Assembly (NCBI GenBank): GCA_030705945.1
Contig: JAUZPS010000001.1
Coordinates: 1 to 36,888 of the forward strand
Length of the DNA: 36,888 nucleotides
DNA from: Bacillota bacterium
GTDB taxonomy: Bacteria > Bacillota > Clostridia > Acetivibrionales > DSM-2933
Direction: 5' to 3'
Shown here: piece by piece, positions 9,441 to 19,550 of the stretch
Numbering within the stretch: the stretch's first letter is position 1
Layout of the letters: each line of letters starts with the position of its first letter
The notes under the pieces: model-generated
Databases searched by the model: none
What the model was told of the DNA's origin: nothing
What the model saw: the letters and a program-made list of their open reading frames with translations, nothing else
Made by a program: the position numbers and the translations under genes

Positions 9441-10640
9441 TTAAGATATGCTCCCTAATAAATTTTTGGTCATCTTGTCCACATTCACAACCTCAATATC
9501 ATCAGGCACACATTGTCCGGTGGTAACGTATGAAAGATTTTTACCAGTACGGAACTTTGTGTTTAAAATAATTCCATTCACCTTGCTCTCATCGAGCTTA
9601 GTAAAAATTAATTTGTAATCCTTGAGAAAACTATAATTCGAAAGAAGGTCATTACAATTCCTTACACTCGTTGTCGAACTCAAAACCAGATAAACTTCAT
9701 CGGCTTCAGACGCAATAATCAATGACTTTAGCTCGTCAAACTGCGACTTATTTCTACAGCTTCTGCCGGCAGTATCAATCAGAACTACATCTTTATCCGA
9801 GTATAGCTTAATGGCGTCTTTAATTTCATTTGGAGCATAAATGACATTAACAGGCATGCCGAGTATTTCGGCATAGGTTTTGAGCTGCTCAACAGCTGCA
9901 ATTCTGTATGTATCAGCGGTGATCAGGCCAACATTTTTCTTGAGATTTAATGAGTAATTGGCTGCTATTTTAGCAAGTGTCGTTGTTTTGCCAACTCCGG
10001 TGGGACCAACAAAAATAATAATCGTTGGTTTTTTATCTTCCTTCAATCCTATTGTTTCCGGCTTGCCAAGTATTCCGGAAATTATATTATAAAGCATTGA
10101 AGCTGTATCGTTAATGTTTGAAGTGTCTCCAACCTTTTTACGCACAGCGTCAACGAGTTTTTTTGCTATTTCTTCCTCTACTTCATTTTTTATAAGGTTG
10201 TTGTAAAACTGCGTCAGAATCTTAGAATTAGGTTTTTCTTGTCTTTCCTGTTTAACAGGCGCCGCTACGGTATGATTACTTGTTTGGACCTGCTCGAAAA
10301 TTTTCTGAAGCATGGTCTCCATATTATTAACCTTATTCTCCAAGAATTCGATTTTTTCCTCTTTTTGTTCTGAATTTGTTTTAAAATTTATATCTTTTTG
10401 TGTCGAATTATCTTTTTGCGCTTGTTTTTCGACATTTTTTGCAGGCGCCTTATCCTTTTTCCCGCTGAAGTCATCATCGATAGCAGCTAAAACTTCAACA
10501 ACGGGCTTTGTAAAAATACTAAAAAGGCCTTTCTTCCTAACCTTTCTTGTATTTAAAATAACCGCTTCATTACCTAAATCCATTTTAACTTTTAATATCG
10601 CTTCTTGCGCATTGTTTCCCATATAACGCCTAATCTTCAT
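9441..10640 (-). CDS. flhF: SRP-family GTPase FlhF
   Basis: GPTGVGKTTTLAK, DTYRIAAVEQL, DTAG, TKLDE, GQxVPDD; probable start ATG 10640. Confidence 0.96.
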   Translation of the reverse strand: MKIRRYMGNNAQEAILKVKMDLGNEAVILNTRKVRKKGLFSIFTKPVVEVLAAIDDDFSGKKDKAPAKNVEKQAQKDNSTQKDINFKTNSEQKEEKIEFLENKVNNMETMLQKIFEQVQTSNHTVAAPVKQERQEKPNSKILTQFYNNLIKNEVEEEIAKKLVDAVRKKVGDTSNINDTASMLYNIISGILGKPETIGLKEDKKPTIIIFVGPTGVGKTTTLAKIAANYSLNLKKNVGLITADTYRIAAVEQLKTYAEILGMPVNVIYAPNEIKDAIKLYSDKDVVLIDTAGRSCRNKSQFDELKSLIIASEADEVYLVLSSTTSVRNCNDLLSNYSFLKDYKLIFTKLDESKVNGIILNTKFRTGKNLSYVTTGQCVPDDIEVVNVDKMTKNLLGSIS

Positions 10641-10641
10641 A

Positions 10642-12666
10642 TCAGACACTCACCATCCCGATAGATTGAACTTCAATATTTGGATCAATTTCACTGTACG
10701 ATAAGACTATAAGTCCAGGTAAAAATCTCTCAGTCATTCTCTTAAAATAAAGTCTTACTATGGGCGACGCAAGAACTATTGGCTGCTGACCCAATTCGAC
10801 AAGCCTTTGGACTTGTCTAGAAAGGCTGCTTAAGATTGTATTTGTCACGTCAGGTTCCATTGTGAGGTATGAGCCGTTTTCCGTCCTTTGCACCGAATCC
10901 ATTATTATCTGTTCAAGCTTTGGATCTATTGTTATAACATTTGATTTAATGTCATTAATAAACTTTTTGGAGATTGCTCTGCCAAGAGCTTGTCTTACAT
11001 ACTCAGTCAGAATATCAGGATCATGGGTTACAGGAGCAAAATCTGCCAAAGTCTCAAGAATTGTTACCATATCTCTTATTGAAACGCCCTCTTTTAGGAG
11101 GTTGGCAAGCACTTTCTGGATCTCTCCGACTGTCATTACCTTTGGAACAAGTTCATCCACTATTGTAGGATAGTTCTGCTTCACATTGTCAATAAGAGTT
11201 TGTACTTCCTGTCTTCCCATGAGTTCGTTGGCATTCTTTTTTATTACCTCTGTAAGATGGGTTGCTATTATTGAAGGAGGATCTACAACGGTATAACCCA
11301 TTATTTCCGCCTTATCCCTCTGATTTTCATTAATCCATACCGCCGGAAGTCCAAAAGCCGGTTCAATTGTTCTTATTCCTTCTATTTCTTCCTCTACTGT
11401 TCCAGGATTCATTGCCATAAAATGATCCAGCATAATATCGCTTTTGTTTATCTCTACACCTTTTATCTTTATTACATACTCATTTGGGTTTAGCTGTATG
11501 TTATCCCTTAACCTTATTACTGGCACTATCATACCTAATTCTAAAGCAAGCTGGCGTCTTATCATTACAACCCTGTCCAAAAGGTCTCCCCCTTGGTTAA
11601 CATCGGCTAATGGTATTATTCCATATCCAAACTCAAGCTCTATAGGATCAACCTGAAGCAAGGATATTACGTTTTCAGGTTTTCTTATTTCTTCAACTTC
11701 ACTTTCCTGTACCTGAGCCTCTTCCTGCTTCATATCTTCCTTCTTCCGCCTCAATAGCGAAAAACCTACAAAAGCAAGTATAGCTGATAGTAAAAGAAAA
11801 GGAATTGTGGGTAAAAACGCGGATAATGCGACACATAATCCTGACGCGAGGAACAAAACCTTTGGGTTTCCGAATATCTGTTTTAAAAGGTCGCTGCTCA
11901 TTGCTGAATCTGACGCGGCTCTTGTTACAATAATACCTGTCGCTGTAGAAATCAAAAGAGCTGGTATCTGGCTTACAAGGCCATCGCCAATTGTAAGTAT
12001 TGTATAATTTTGAAGCGCTGTTGATATATCTTCGCCCCTCATCAGAACCCCAATGATCAAGCCGCCTACTATATTTATAAATGTAATTATAATCCCGGCT
12101 ATCGCGTCGCCTTTAACAAACTTGCTGGCTCCATCCATTGCTCCGTAAAAATCTGCTTCTCTTTGTATCTTTTTTCTTCTATCCTTTGCTTCCCCTTCGG
12201 TTATCAGCCCTGAGTTAAGATCGGCGTCTATAGCCATCTGCTTTCCGGGCATTGCATCCAAAGTAAACCTTGCCGCAACTTCAGATACTCTTTCTGAACC
12301 CTTTGTAATTACCATGAACTGTACAACCATGATGATTAAAAATATTATAAACCCAACGACGAGGTTCCCTTGAGCGACAAAAGATCCGAAACCTGCAATG
12401 ACCTGCCCTGCTTCGCCTGAAGAAAGAATATGTTTTACTGCGGTGATATTTAAAGAAAGACGGTACAATGTAGTTATCAGCAGCAAAGAAGGAAAAATTG
12501 ACATATCCAGGGCTTCCTTAGAATAAATCGTATTTAGCATAATCACTGCCGCCAGCGAAATATTTATAGCCAGCAGAATATCCAGCATAAAACTTGGTAT
12601 GGGAAGAATTATAATAAGAATTATTGCGATTATTATAATAGCAACAGACAAATCTCCAAGCTTCAT
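10642..12666 (-). CDS. flhA: Flagellar export gate protein FlhA
   Basis: RVSEVAARFTLDAMPGKQMAIDADL, FYGAMDGASKFVKGDA; probable start ATG 12666 after GAGGAGG. Confidence 0.98.
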   Translation of the reverse strand: MKLGDLSVAIIIIAIILIIILPIPSFMLDILLAINISLAAVIMLNTIYSKEALDMSIFPSLLLITTLYRLSLNITAVKHILSSGEAGQVIAGFGSFVAQGNLVVGFIIFLIIMVVQFMVITKGSERVSEVAARFTLDAMPGKQMAIDADLNSGLITEGEAKDRRKKIQREADFYGAMDGASKFVKGDAIAGIIITFINIVGGLIIGVLMRGEDISTALQNYTILTIGDGLVSQIPALLISTATGIIVTRAASDSAMSSDLLKQIFGNPKVLFLASGLCVALSAFLPTIPFLLLSAILAFVGFSLLRRKKEDMKQEEAQVQESEVEEIRKPENVISLLQVDPIELEFGYGIIPLADVNQGGDLLDRVVMIRRQLALELGMIVPVIRLRDNIQLNPNEYVIKIKGVEINKSDIMLDHFMAMNPGTVEEEIEGIRTIEPAFGLPAVWINENQRDKAEIMGYTVVDPPSIIATHLTEVIKKNANELMGRQEVQTLIDNVKQNYPTIVDELVPKVMTVGEIQKVLANLLKEGVSIRDMVTILETLADFAPVTHDPDILTEYVRQALGRAISKKFINDIKSNVITIDPKLEQIIMDSVQRTENGSYLTMEPDVTNTILSSLSRQVQRLVELGQQPIVLASPIVRLYFKRMTERFLPGLIVLSYSEIDPNIEVQSIGMVSV

Positions 12667-12701
12667 CCTTTCTATCCTCCTCACTATAAAATTTCAACGC
12701 G

Positions 12702-12730
12702 TTTTACTAAGGGCGTTTCAAAAAATTCCT
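12702..12730 (-). repeat. Family B repeat fragment (one end only)
   Basis: Reverse complement aggaattttttgaaacgcccttagtaaaa is identical to 32288-32316. Confidence 0.85.
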
Positions 12731-12744
12731 CTAATAATCTATTT

Positions 12745-13863
12745 TTATCTCCTCGCAGGCTCTTTAAGGCCATAAACAAAGGCAAGTATTTCCGCTACCG
12801 CTTGGTACATCTCCTGTGGTATCTCCTGGCCTACCTCCACGCTGCTGTATAAACTTCTTGCAAGGGGTTTGTTTTCAACAATCTCTACTTTATTTTCCTT
12901 TGCCACTTCCTTTATTCTCTGCGCCATGTAATCCTGACCCTTTGCGACTACCTTAGGAGCTGCCGATACTTTAGCGTCATATTTTACTGCTACCGCAAAG
13001 TGAGTCGGGTTTGTAATGACTACATCGGCTTTAGGCACATCGTTTAGCATCCTTTTCATTGAAATCTGTCTTTGCTTCTGTCTTATTTTTGCCTTTACTT
13101 CGGGGTTTCCTTCAGTTTGCTTATATTCTTCTTTTATTTCCTGTTTTGTCATTTTGAGACTTTTTTCAAACTCATACCATTGATATATATAATCAACAGC
13201 GCCTACGAATATAAGCGCTATGCATATTCTGATTGCAATGTTAATAATGGTGGAACCGATATATATTCCAACGCCGATGGCGTCCATGTCCATAATTGTA
13301 AAGATATTTCCCGCTTCTCCCTTAATATAGGAGTAAGTCACGAAGCCAACAATAATAAGCTTTATAATCGACTTTACCAATTCAACAACTGAACGAAGTG
13401 AAAATATTCTTTTTAATCCACTTAATGGACTGATTCTGCTGAACTTAAAATTCAAATTCTCAAAGGTAAAAAGGAAACCAACCTGAGCATATTCAGCAAT
13501 CAGACCTGTTATCAGCGCGACTGCCATTATAGGCGCCGCTATTTTTATAAGTTCTTCCGCCACAAGTATAAAAAGTTTTGTAAGTCCGCTTAGGGTGTAC
13601 AAGTCCGGTATTTTAGTATATTCAAGAAGAGCTGTTTTTGTAAAATATAAGATTTCGTTATACATATAGCGGCCCAAAAGGCGAAGAGCCACAAATATAA
13701 ACAGTAAAACAAATGCTGAAGTGATCTCTTTGCTTTGCAGCACCTGACCTTTTTTTCTGGCGTCCTGCCTTCTTTTAGGAGTGGCCTTTTCGGTCTTGTC
13801 ATCACCTGCAAAAAGCTGTAAATTTACCTTAATATATTTATTTCCAAAAGGGTTCAGCGTCAT
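12745..13863 (-). CDS. flhB: Flagellar export switch protein FlhB
   Basis: KTEKATPKRR, NPTH autocleavage site, VAKG, LARSLY. Confidence 0.97.
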   Translation of the reverse strand: MTLNPFGNKYIKVNLQLFAGDDKTEKATPKRRQDARKKGQVLQSKEITSAFVLLFIFVALRLLGRYMYNEILYFTKTALLEYTKIPDLYTLSGLTKLFILVAEELIKIAAPIMAVALITGLIAEYAQVGFLFTFENLNFKFSRISPLSGLKRIFSLRSVVELVKSIIKLIIVGFVTYSYIKGEAGNIFTIMDMDAIGVGIYIGSTIINIAIRICIALIFVGAVDYIYQWYEFEKSLKMTKQEIKEEYKQTEGNPEVKAKIRQKQRQISMKRMLNDVPKADVVITNPTHFAVAVKYDAKVSAAPKVVAKGQDYMAQRIKEVAKENKVEIVENKPLARSLYSSVEVGQEIPQEMYQAVAEILAFVYGLKEPARR

Positions 13864-14651
13864 TTTCTCAGTACCATGTCCTTTATGATCTTGAACATTT
13901 CACCATCCAAACCATTGATCATCAGCCCTACTAAAGAAATAAACACTGGTATTGTAACCGCCATTACCAGCACGCCCAGAATTATCTTAGCCGGCATGCC
14001 CACAACAAATACATTCATTTGAGGAATACTCTTTGATATTATACCTAACGCTATATCAGTAACCAGTATTGCGGCAATTATTGGAGCGCTTATCTTAAAA
14101 CCTATGAGAAACATCTTACTTAAGCTTGATAGCACATCCTGAAGCAAAACATCGTTAAAAGTAACACTACCGATAGGAATAAATTTATAACTTTCAAACA
14201 AGGCTTTCATTATTATATGATGACCATTTGCAGCCAATAGAACCATCATGCTTAATATATAATAGAAGTTAGACGATATGGGAATCTGGATATTGCTTAT
14301 AGGGTCTAAAACATTCACCATACCAAACCCAACTTGCATATCAATCATTTGACCTGCCATAAGTATTGCGTCGAATACAATATTGGCAATATAACCCAAT
14401 ATTATGCCAACCACAAATTCTTTAAAAATCAAGAAGGTATACGTGTAAATATTATTATTAAAATCAATAGCGCTTATTTTGATAGTGTTTATTAAGAGAA
14501 TAGCCGACAGAAGCGCCAAACCTACCTTCAGATAGACCGGTATGTTTCTCCTTCCGAAAATCGGCGCTATTACAAAAAGCCCAGTCATCCTTACAAAAAC
14601 CAAGAGAAATGCTTCTATTCCATTTAGCAGTATCCCTTCCGGAATTTGCAT
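13860..14651 (-). CDS. fliR: Flagellar export protein FliR
   Basis: Polytopic membrane protein, AGQMIDMQVGF, PQMNVFVVGMP. Confidence 0.96.
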   Translation of the reverse strand: MQIPEGILLNGIEAFLLVFVRMTGLFVIAPIFGRRNIPVYLKVGLALLSAILLINTIKISAIDFNNNIYTYTFLIFKEFVVGIILGYIANIVFDAILMAGQMIDMQVGFGMVNVLDPISNIQIPISSNFYYILSMMVLLAANGHHIIMKALFESYKFIPIGSVTFNDVLLQDVLSSLSKMFLIGFKISAPIIAAILVTDIALGIISKSIPQMNVFVVGMPAKIILGVLVMAVTIPVFISLVGLMINGLDGEMFKIIKDMVLRK

Positions 14652-14700
14652 AAAATTCCACCCATCAAAATTTATTTACATAAAGTTCCACATATTCGCT

Positions 14701-14760
14701 GTTACTCTCTTTAAATCTCCATTAATCTCTGTAAATCTCTGTAAATCTATATAAATCTTA
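14701..14760. repeat. 10-bp-period tandem repeat (consensus gtaaatctct, 5-6 units)
   Basis: gttactctct ttaaatctcc attaatctct gtaaatctct gtaaatctat ataaatctta. Confidence 0.8.
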
Positions 14761-14772
14761 CATTTTATATAT

Positions 14773-15042
14773 TTATTTTATGTAATGATTTACATTCATA
14801 TAGATACCTTCAGTAAACTCGATAAGTACTCTCAACATCCACGATCCGAAAAGCAATATTCCGCCTAAAACAGCCAGAATTTTTGGAATAAAGGAAAGCG
14901 TCTGTTCCTGTATCTGAGTTGTCGCCTGGAAGATACTGATAGCAAGGCCTACTATAAGACTTAGTCCAAGCATAGGAGCCGATACGTATACAACAGTCAT
15001 TAAGGCCTTTTGAGCTAAATCTATTACTATACCCTGATCCAT
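14773..15042 (-). CDS. fliQ: Flagellar export protein FliQ
   Basis: SIFQATTQIQEQTLSFIPK. Confidence 0.97.
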   Translation of the reverse strand: MDQGIVIDLAQKALMTVVYVSAPMLGLSLIVGLAISIFQATTQIQEQTLSFIPKILAVLGGILLFGSWMLRVLIEFTEGIYMNVNHYIK

Positions 15043-15088
15043 ATATGCCTCCTAAAATATTAATAGTGTTAAGGTTTCAATTTAGCCG

Positions 15089-15862
15089 TCACCTCATAAA
15101 ACTACTGATGATTGTTTTGGTTATAAGATTCCAGCCATCCACCATAATAAACAATAAAATTTTAAACGGCAGCGAAATCATTACCGGCGGAAGCATCATC
15201 ATACCCATTGACATCAAGGTGCTCGACACAACCATATCAATTACCAGAAAAGGAAGATATATTAGAAAGCCAATCTGAAATGCTGTTTTAAGCTCACTAA
15301 TTAAAAAAGCCGGAATAACCACTGTAAGAGGTAAAGCCGGTAAATCTCCTTTTTTAACCGGAGTCTTTCCCCCGGATAAAGATACAAACAATGCCAGATC
15401 CTTCTCATAAATATACTTGTACATAAAATTTTTAATTATTGTTGAAGCCTTATCAAATGCAACCTGTTGAGTAATCTGCCCTTTTGTATATGGTTGAAAT
15501 GCCTGCTCGTTTATATCTTTGCCTACCGGAGCCATAATAAATAGCGTCAGAAACAAGGCAAGACCGATCAGTACTTGGTTTGGCGGCATTTGCTGCGTAC
15601 CTAAAGCGTTACGCAGGAAGGACAGTATGATTATTATTCTTGTAAAGGATGTCATCATGATCAAAATCGATGGAGCAAGCGATAAAACTGTCAGCAATAG
15701 CAGTATCTGTATGCTTGTCGAAACATCTTTAGGATTTTGCGAAGTATCAAAATTAAGTCCTATTTTAGGAATGGGAACTGACTGATCCGCAAATACGATA
15801 GTTGGAATAAGCAATAAAAATATACATAAAACTATTGTAAAGAAAACCTTTCTATTTCTCAT
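15089..15862 (-). CDS. fliP: Flagellar export protein FliP (start uncertain, 15862-15901)
   Basis: MTSFTRI, PPNQVLIGLALFLT, SELKTAFQIG, MMMLPP, DGW. Confidence 0.96.
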   Translation of the reverse strand: MRNRKVFFTIVLCIFLLLIPTIVFADQSVPIPKIGLNFDTSQNPKDVSTSIQILLLLTVLSLAPSILIMMTSFTRIIIILSFLRNALGTQQMPPNQVLIGLALFLTLFIMAPVGKDINEQAFQPYTKGQITQQVAFDKASTIIKNFMYKYIYEKDLALFVSLSGGKTPVKKGDLPALPLTVVIPAFLISELKTAFQIGFLIYLPFLVIDMVVSSTLMSMGMMMLPPVMISLPFKILLFIMVDGWNLITKTIISSFMR

Positions 15863-16340
15863 TTGAATTATCATCTCCATAATTTTCAGCCGGTTTTCCA
15901 AACTTAGAGGATAAACCCCTTAGTCTTTGTAAATTGCTTTTGAAATTTCCAGTTGAAAATGGATTATTTGTTGTTTCCTGGTTCTCTGTCTTTTTATTTT
16001 TGATATTCTGAAAATATTTATCAAACAACGCTTTAAAGTCAAAGTTATTTGTTACCTGGATATTTTCATCCATATCAGCTTCATCCAACTTGATTTCCTT
16101 GATAAATTCAAGGTTTTTGCCTGAAGAAGCCATGAGTATAAACTCATTTCCCGCTTTCACGAGATATAACTGTTTATTCATTCCTAATGTTACTGTATCA
16201 ATAACACTTATATGCTTTCCTTTTGATACCTTGCTCACTTTGGTTCCAATAAATTTTGTTGTTATATATGTCAAAAATAGAATAGAACCAAATCCTATCA
16301 AGTAAACAAACGCTTTAAATACAGTAACTGTAGCACCCAT
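15852..16340 (-). CDS. fliO: FliO/FliZ-type export apparatus chaperone
   Basis: N-terminal TM segment then beta-rich FliO-like domain (LGMNKQLYLVKAG); located between cheY and fliP. Confidence 0.8.
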   Translation of the reverse strand: MGATVTVFKAFVYLIGFGSILFLTYITTKFIGTKVSKVSKGKHISVIDTVTLGMNKQLYLVKAGNEFILMASSGKNLEFIKEIKLDEADMDENIQVTNNFDFKALFDKYFQNIKNKKTENQETTNNPFSTGNFKSNLQRLRGLSSKFGKPAENYGDDNSNEK

Positions 16341-16354
16341 TGATTTACCCCTTT

Positions 16355-16717
16355 TTATCCCAGAACTTTTTTAACAGCCTCAACAACTCTTTCCGCCTGG
16401 AATGGTTTTACTATGAAATCCCTTGCTCCGGCTTGGATTGATTCAATTACCATGGCTTGCTGTCCCATTGCAGAACACATAATTATTTTTGATTCAGTGT
16501 TTAATTTTCTGATCTCTTTAACCGCTTGGATACCATCAACCTCAGGCATGGTTATATCCATTATGACCAGGTCCGGAGCCAGTTCCTTGTACTTTTCAAT
16601 AGCTCTGGCGCCATTTTCCGCTTCTCCTGCAATTTCATATCCATTTTTTGATAAAATATCCTTGATCATCATCCTCATAAACGCTGCGTCATCAACAATA
16701 AGAATTTTTTTACTCAT
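16355..16717 (-). CDS. cheY: Chemotaxis response regulator CheY
   Basis: VDDAAFMR, MDITMPE, CSAMGQ, FIVKPF; single REC domain. Confidence 0.97.
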   Translation of the reverse strand: MSKKILIVDDAAFMRMMIKDILSKNGYEIAGEAENGARAIEKYKELAPDLVIMDITMPEVDGIQAVKEIRKLNTESKIIMCSAMGQQAMVIESIQAGARDFIVKPFQAERVVEAVKKVLG

Positions 16718-16833
16718 GCTAAATCCCTCTCCTTAAAATTAGATTATGTTTTCATTTCAGTATTACGAGAGTACTTCACTTACGTTTAAGATAATTTTAA
16801 AGATAGCTTACATCCCAAAATATTTTTATAATA

Positions 16834-18021
16834 TTACAACCTCTTTGAAGGGTGTATAATATCCGTAATTCTTACTCCAAAGCTTTCATCAATTACTACA
16901 ACTTCTCCCTTGGCGATAACTTTTCCATTAACTAAAATATCAACGGGTTCTCCAGCTAACTTATCAAGCTCTATTATAGAACCTGGGCCAAACTCCAATA
17001 TATCTCTTATGAGCTTATTAGTTCTGCCAAGCTCAACAGTCACTTGGAGGGGAACATCCATAATTATTCCTATATTCTTTTTTTCCAGCATCAGTTTACC
17101 ATCATCAAAAGATTGGAACTGGGCGGGCTGCACATTAACAGGCATGCCGTTTCTCGGCTGCTCATGGTAATTCATATTATCATTTCCATGTCCAAATCCC
17201 ATCTGCTGTTGAGGTTGGGACATAAAGGACTGCTGAGAGTTTTGCTGAGGCTGCTGATGCCCTGAAAATTGCTGAGTTGGCTGCTGCTGTTGAGGCTGCT
17301 GTCTGGGAGGCGCTATAGGCTCCTGCGCGCCGGAATTTTTCGTATCCATGTTTAGCAGGTTGTCTACAAGATTCTTCGCAAAATCGAGGGGGATAAGCTG
17401 CATAATTTCACTGTCGATGAGATTTCCGACAATCATCTTAAATGAAATCTTTACAAGTGTCTGGTTTCTGTCAAACTCACTGAAGGCCTCTTCTTCTCCT
17501 GTTTTTATATTAAAAGCCTTAGGCGGTGAAATATCTATGCGTTTATCAAAAAGTGAAGACATTGATGTTGAGGACGAACCAATCATCTGGTTCATAGCCT
17601 CGCTGATAGCGCTTAAATGCAAATCAGAGAGTTCGCCGCTAATATTACTTCCATCTCCACCCATCATTAAATCTGTTATTATCTTGACATCCTCATCTTT
17701 TAATATTAATAAATTAGCGCCGTTAAGCCCCTGTGTGAACTGGACCCGTACAGCAACTACAGGTAAATTGTACTCGCTGACCATTTTTTCCCACGTTGAA
17801 ACTGAAACCTGAGGAGTTGTAATAGTTACTTTATGTCCTAGCAGAGTAAAAAGTGTTGTCGCAGATGTACCCATACTGATATTGCCGATTTCCCCAAGCG
17901 CGTCTATCTCCTGGGCGCTAAGTCCCTCGCTGTTCCCCCCGCTTGTGTTTGAGGAAGTATCTGATGAGGATGCTCCATTCAACAAAGCATCTATTTCTGC
18001 TTGTGAAAGCATATCTCCCAT
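16834..18021 (-). CDS. fliY: Switch phosphatase FliY (CheC-like domains plus FliN domain)
   Basis: LSQAEIDALL, GEIGNI, SEAMNQM, C-terminal DVPLQVTVELG...FGVRIT; probable start ATG 18021. Confidence 0.95.
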   Translation of the reverse strand: MGDMLSQAEIDALLNGASSSDTSSNTSGGNSEGLSAQEIDALGEIGNISMGTSATTLFTLLGHKVTITTPQVSVSTWEKMVSEYNLPVVAVRVQFTQGLNGANLLILKDEDVKIITDLMMGGDGSNISGELSDLHLSAISEAMNQMIGSSSTSMSSLFDKRIDISPPKAFNIKTGEEEAFSEFDRNQTLVKISFKMIVGNLIDSEIMQLIPLDFAKNLVDNLLNMDTKNSGAQEPIAPPRQQPQQQQPTQQFSGHQQPQQNSQQSFMSQPQQQMGFGHGNDNMNYHEQPRNGMPVNVQPAQFQSFDDGKLMLEKKNIGIIMDVPLQVTVELGRTNKLIRDILEFGPGSIIELDKLAGEPVDILVNGKVIAKGEVVVIDESFGVRITDIIHPSKRL

Positions 18022-18022
18022 T

Positions 18023-19009
18023 CTACTCATCCTCCCTTCGCAAAACATCGATAATTTTTATCGCAACTTTGTTCTTCTTTACACCTGGTTTAGCGTAGAA
18101 TTTAAGAATATCTCCGACTAAAACCTCAAGATTTCCATTAACGCCTGAATCTAAGCCCAAAACGTCCCCCTGCTGCAGTTCAATAAATTCCGATACAGTT
18201 AGAGTTGACCTGCCTAATACTACTTTTAGAGGAACTACTGTTTGTTCTATTTTATATTCTATATTTTCCTTAATTTCCTGGGTAGCTTCTTTCTCAACAG
18301 TTGAAAACCAGAATTTGGTACTGAGTTTGGATACAATAGGTTCAACCACCATATGAGGTATACATATATTAATCATGCCTTCAACTTCCCCAACCCTTGC
18401 GCTCAAAGTTACAAGCGCCACAATTTCGTTCGGAGATATTATCTGAGCAAATTGAGCATTGGTTTCTATCTTCTCAAGCCTTGGCCTTATCGCGATAACA
18501 TTTTCCCATGGCTCTCTCATAAGGTTAAGCATCTGGATTATTATTCTCTCAATAATGGCAAGTTCAATCTCTGTAAATCCCCTGACCCTTTCAATTGAAG
18601 AACCTCTTCCTCCTAAAATCCTGTCAATTAACGCAAAAGATATATTCGGAGCCAACTCAAATATAATCGATCCGGATAAAGGAGTAAAATCCACAACAGA
18701 AAGAATAACCGGATTTGATATGGAGTTGTTGAACTCATAATACGACAAAGGCTCGACTGATATTACGTCAACTTGCACCAGTGTCCGAAGATAACCCGAC
18801 AAAAAGTTTGTCACCAAACGCGAGTAACTTTCATGTATTATATGTAAAGTTTTTAAATGATCTTTTGCGAACTTACTTGGCCTTCTGAAATCATGGCTCT
18901 TTATTTTCTTTTCCTGGGTGGTGGTCTGCATCTGCTGGACGTCAATTTCACCAGTATTCAGCGCCCGTAGTAGTTCATCTATTTCATTTTGCGATAATAT
19001 ATCACCCAA
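18023..19009 (-). CDS. fliM: Motor switch protein FliM
   Basis: LSQNEIDELL, DFRRPSKF, MINICIP, SpoA-like C-terminus; TTG start. Confidence 0.97.
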   Translation of the reverse strand: MGDILSQNEIDELLRALNTGEIDVQQMQTTTQEKKIKSHDFRRPSKFAKDHLKTLHIIHESYSRLVTNFLSGYLRTLVQVDVISVEPLSYYEFNNSISNPVILSVVDFTPLSGSIIFELAPNISFALIDRILGGRGSSIERVRGFTEIELAIIERIIIQMLNLMREPWENVIAIRPRLEKIETNAQFAQIISPNEIVALVTLSARVGEVEGMINICIPHMVVEPIVSKLSTKFWFSTVEKEATQEIKENIEYKIEQTVVPLKVVLGRSTLTVSEFIELQQGDVLGLDSGVNGNLEVLVGDILKFYAKPGVKKNKVAIKIIDVLRREDE

Positions 19010-19022
19010 TTATAGCCACCTC

Positions 19023-19550
19023 CTACTGGTAAAACCAGTCTTCGAGAACAACGCTGTAAACTATATCAGTTTTAATATTTTCAGATTCCAGAAGCAGTTC
19101 ATTTATCTGCTGTTTAAGTTCTTTTTTGGCTTTTTCTTTTGTTTCAGGCTTTGACACCTCTTCCAAAGTCATATTCAAAAAGTAGTTTCCTACCAATTCT
19201 CTCATTTCACTTTCATATGCCTTAACCTTTTCTTCTACGCTTTTAATACCATCAACTTTTATAAAATACTTTAGTTTTATACTTACTCTGATAGCAGAAA
19301 TTGTTTTTGTAGAACCTTGAGCCGCGTTTGATTTGAGATTAAAAATCTTATCTCCGTCAAATAGAGCCATTTCTGCCAATTCACTGTCTTTGGGCGTAGT
19401 TTCTTTAACTTTCTCAACTACTTTAGTCTGGTTACCGCTAGAGCCCCCATGACCTCCAAAAACGAACACATATATTGCCAGAACAGCTAAACTTAAAGAA
19501 AGAAAAGCTACTACAACAAGAAGAATAAAAAAGCTACTTTTTCCTCCCAA
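19023..19550 (-). CDS. fliL: Basal body-associated FliL
   Basis: N-terminal TM segment, FliL-like C-terminus (LKQQINELL...DWFYQ), directly before fliM; probable TTG start 19550 after AGGGGG. Confidence 0.85.
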   Translation of the reverse strand: MGGKSSFFILLVVVAFLSLSLAVLAIYVFVFGGHGGSSGNQTKVVEKVKETTPKDSELAEMALFDGDKIFNLKSNAAQGSTKTISAIRVSIKLKYFIKVDGIKSVEEKVKAYESEMRELVGNYFLNMTLEEVSKPETKEKAKKELKQQINELLLESENIKTDIVYSVVLEDWFYQ

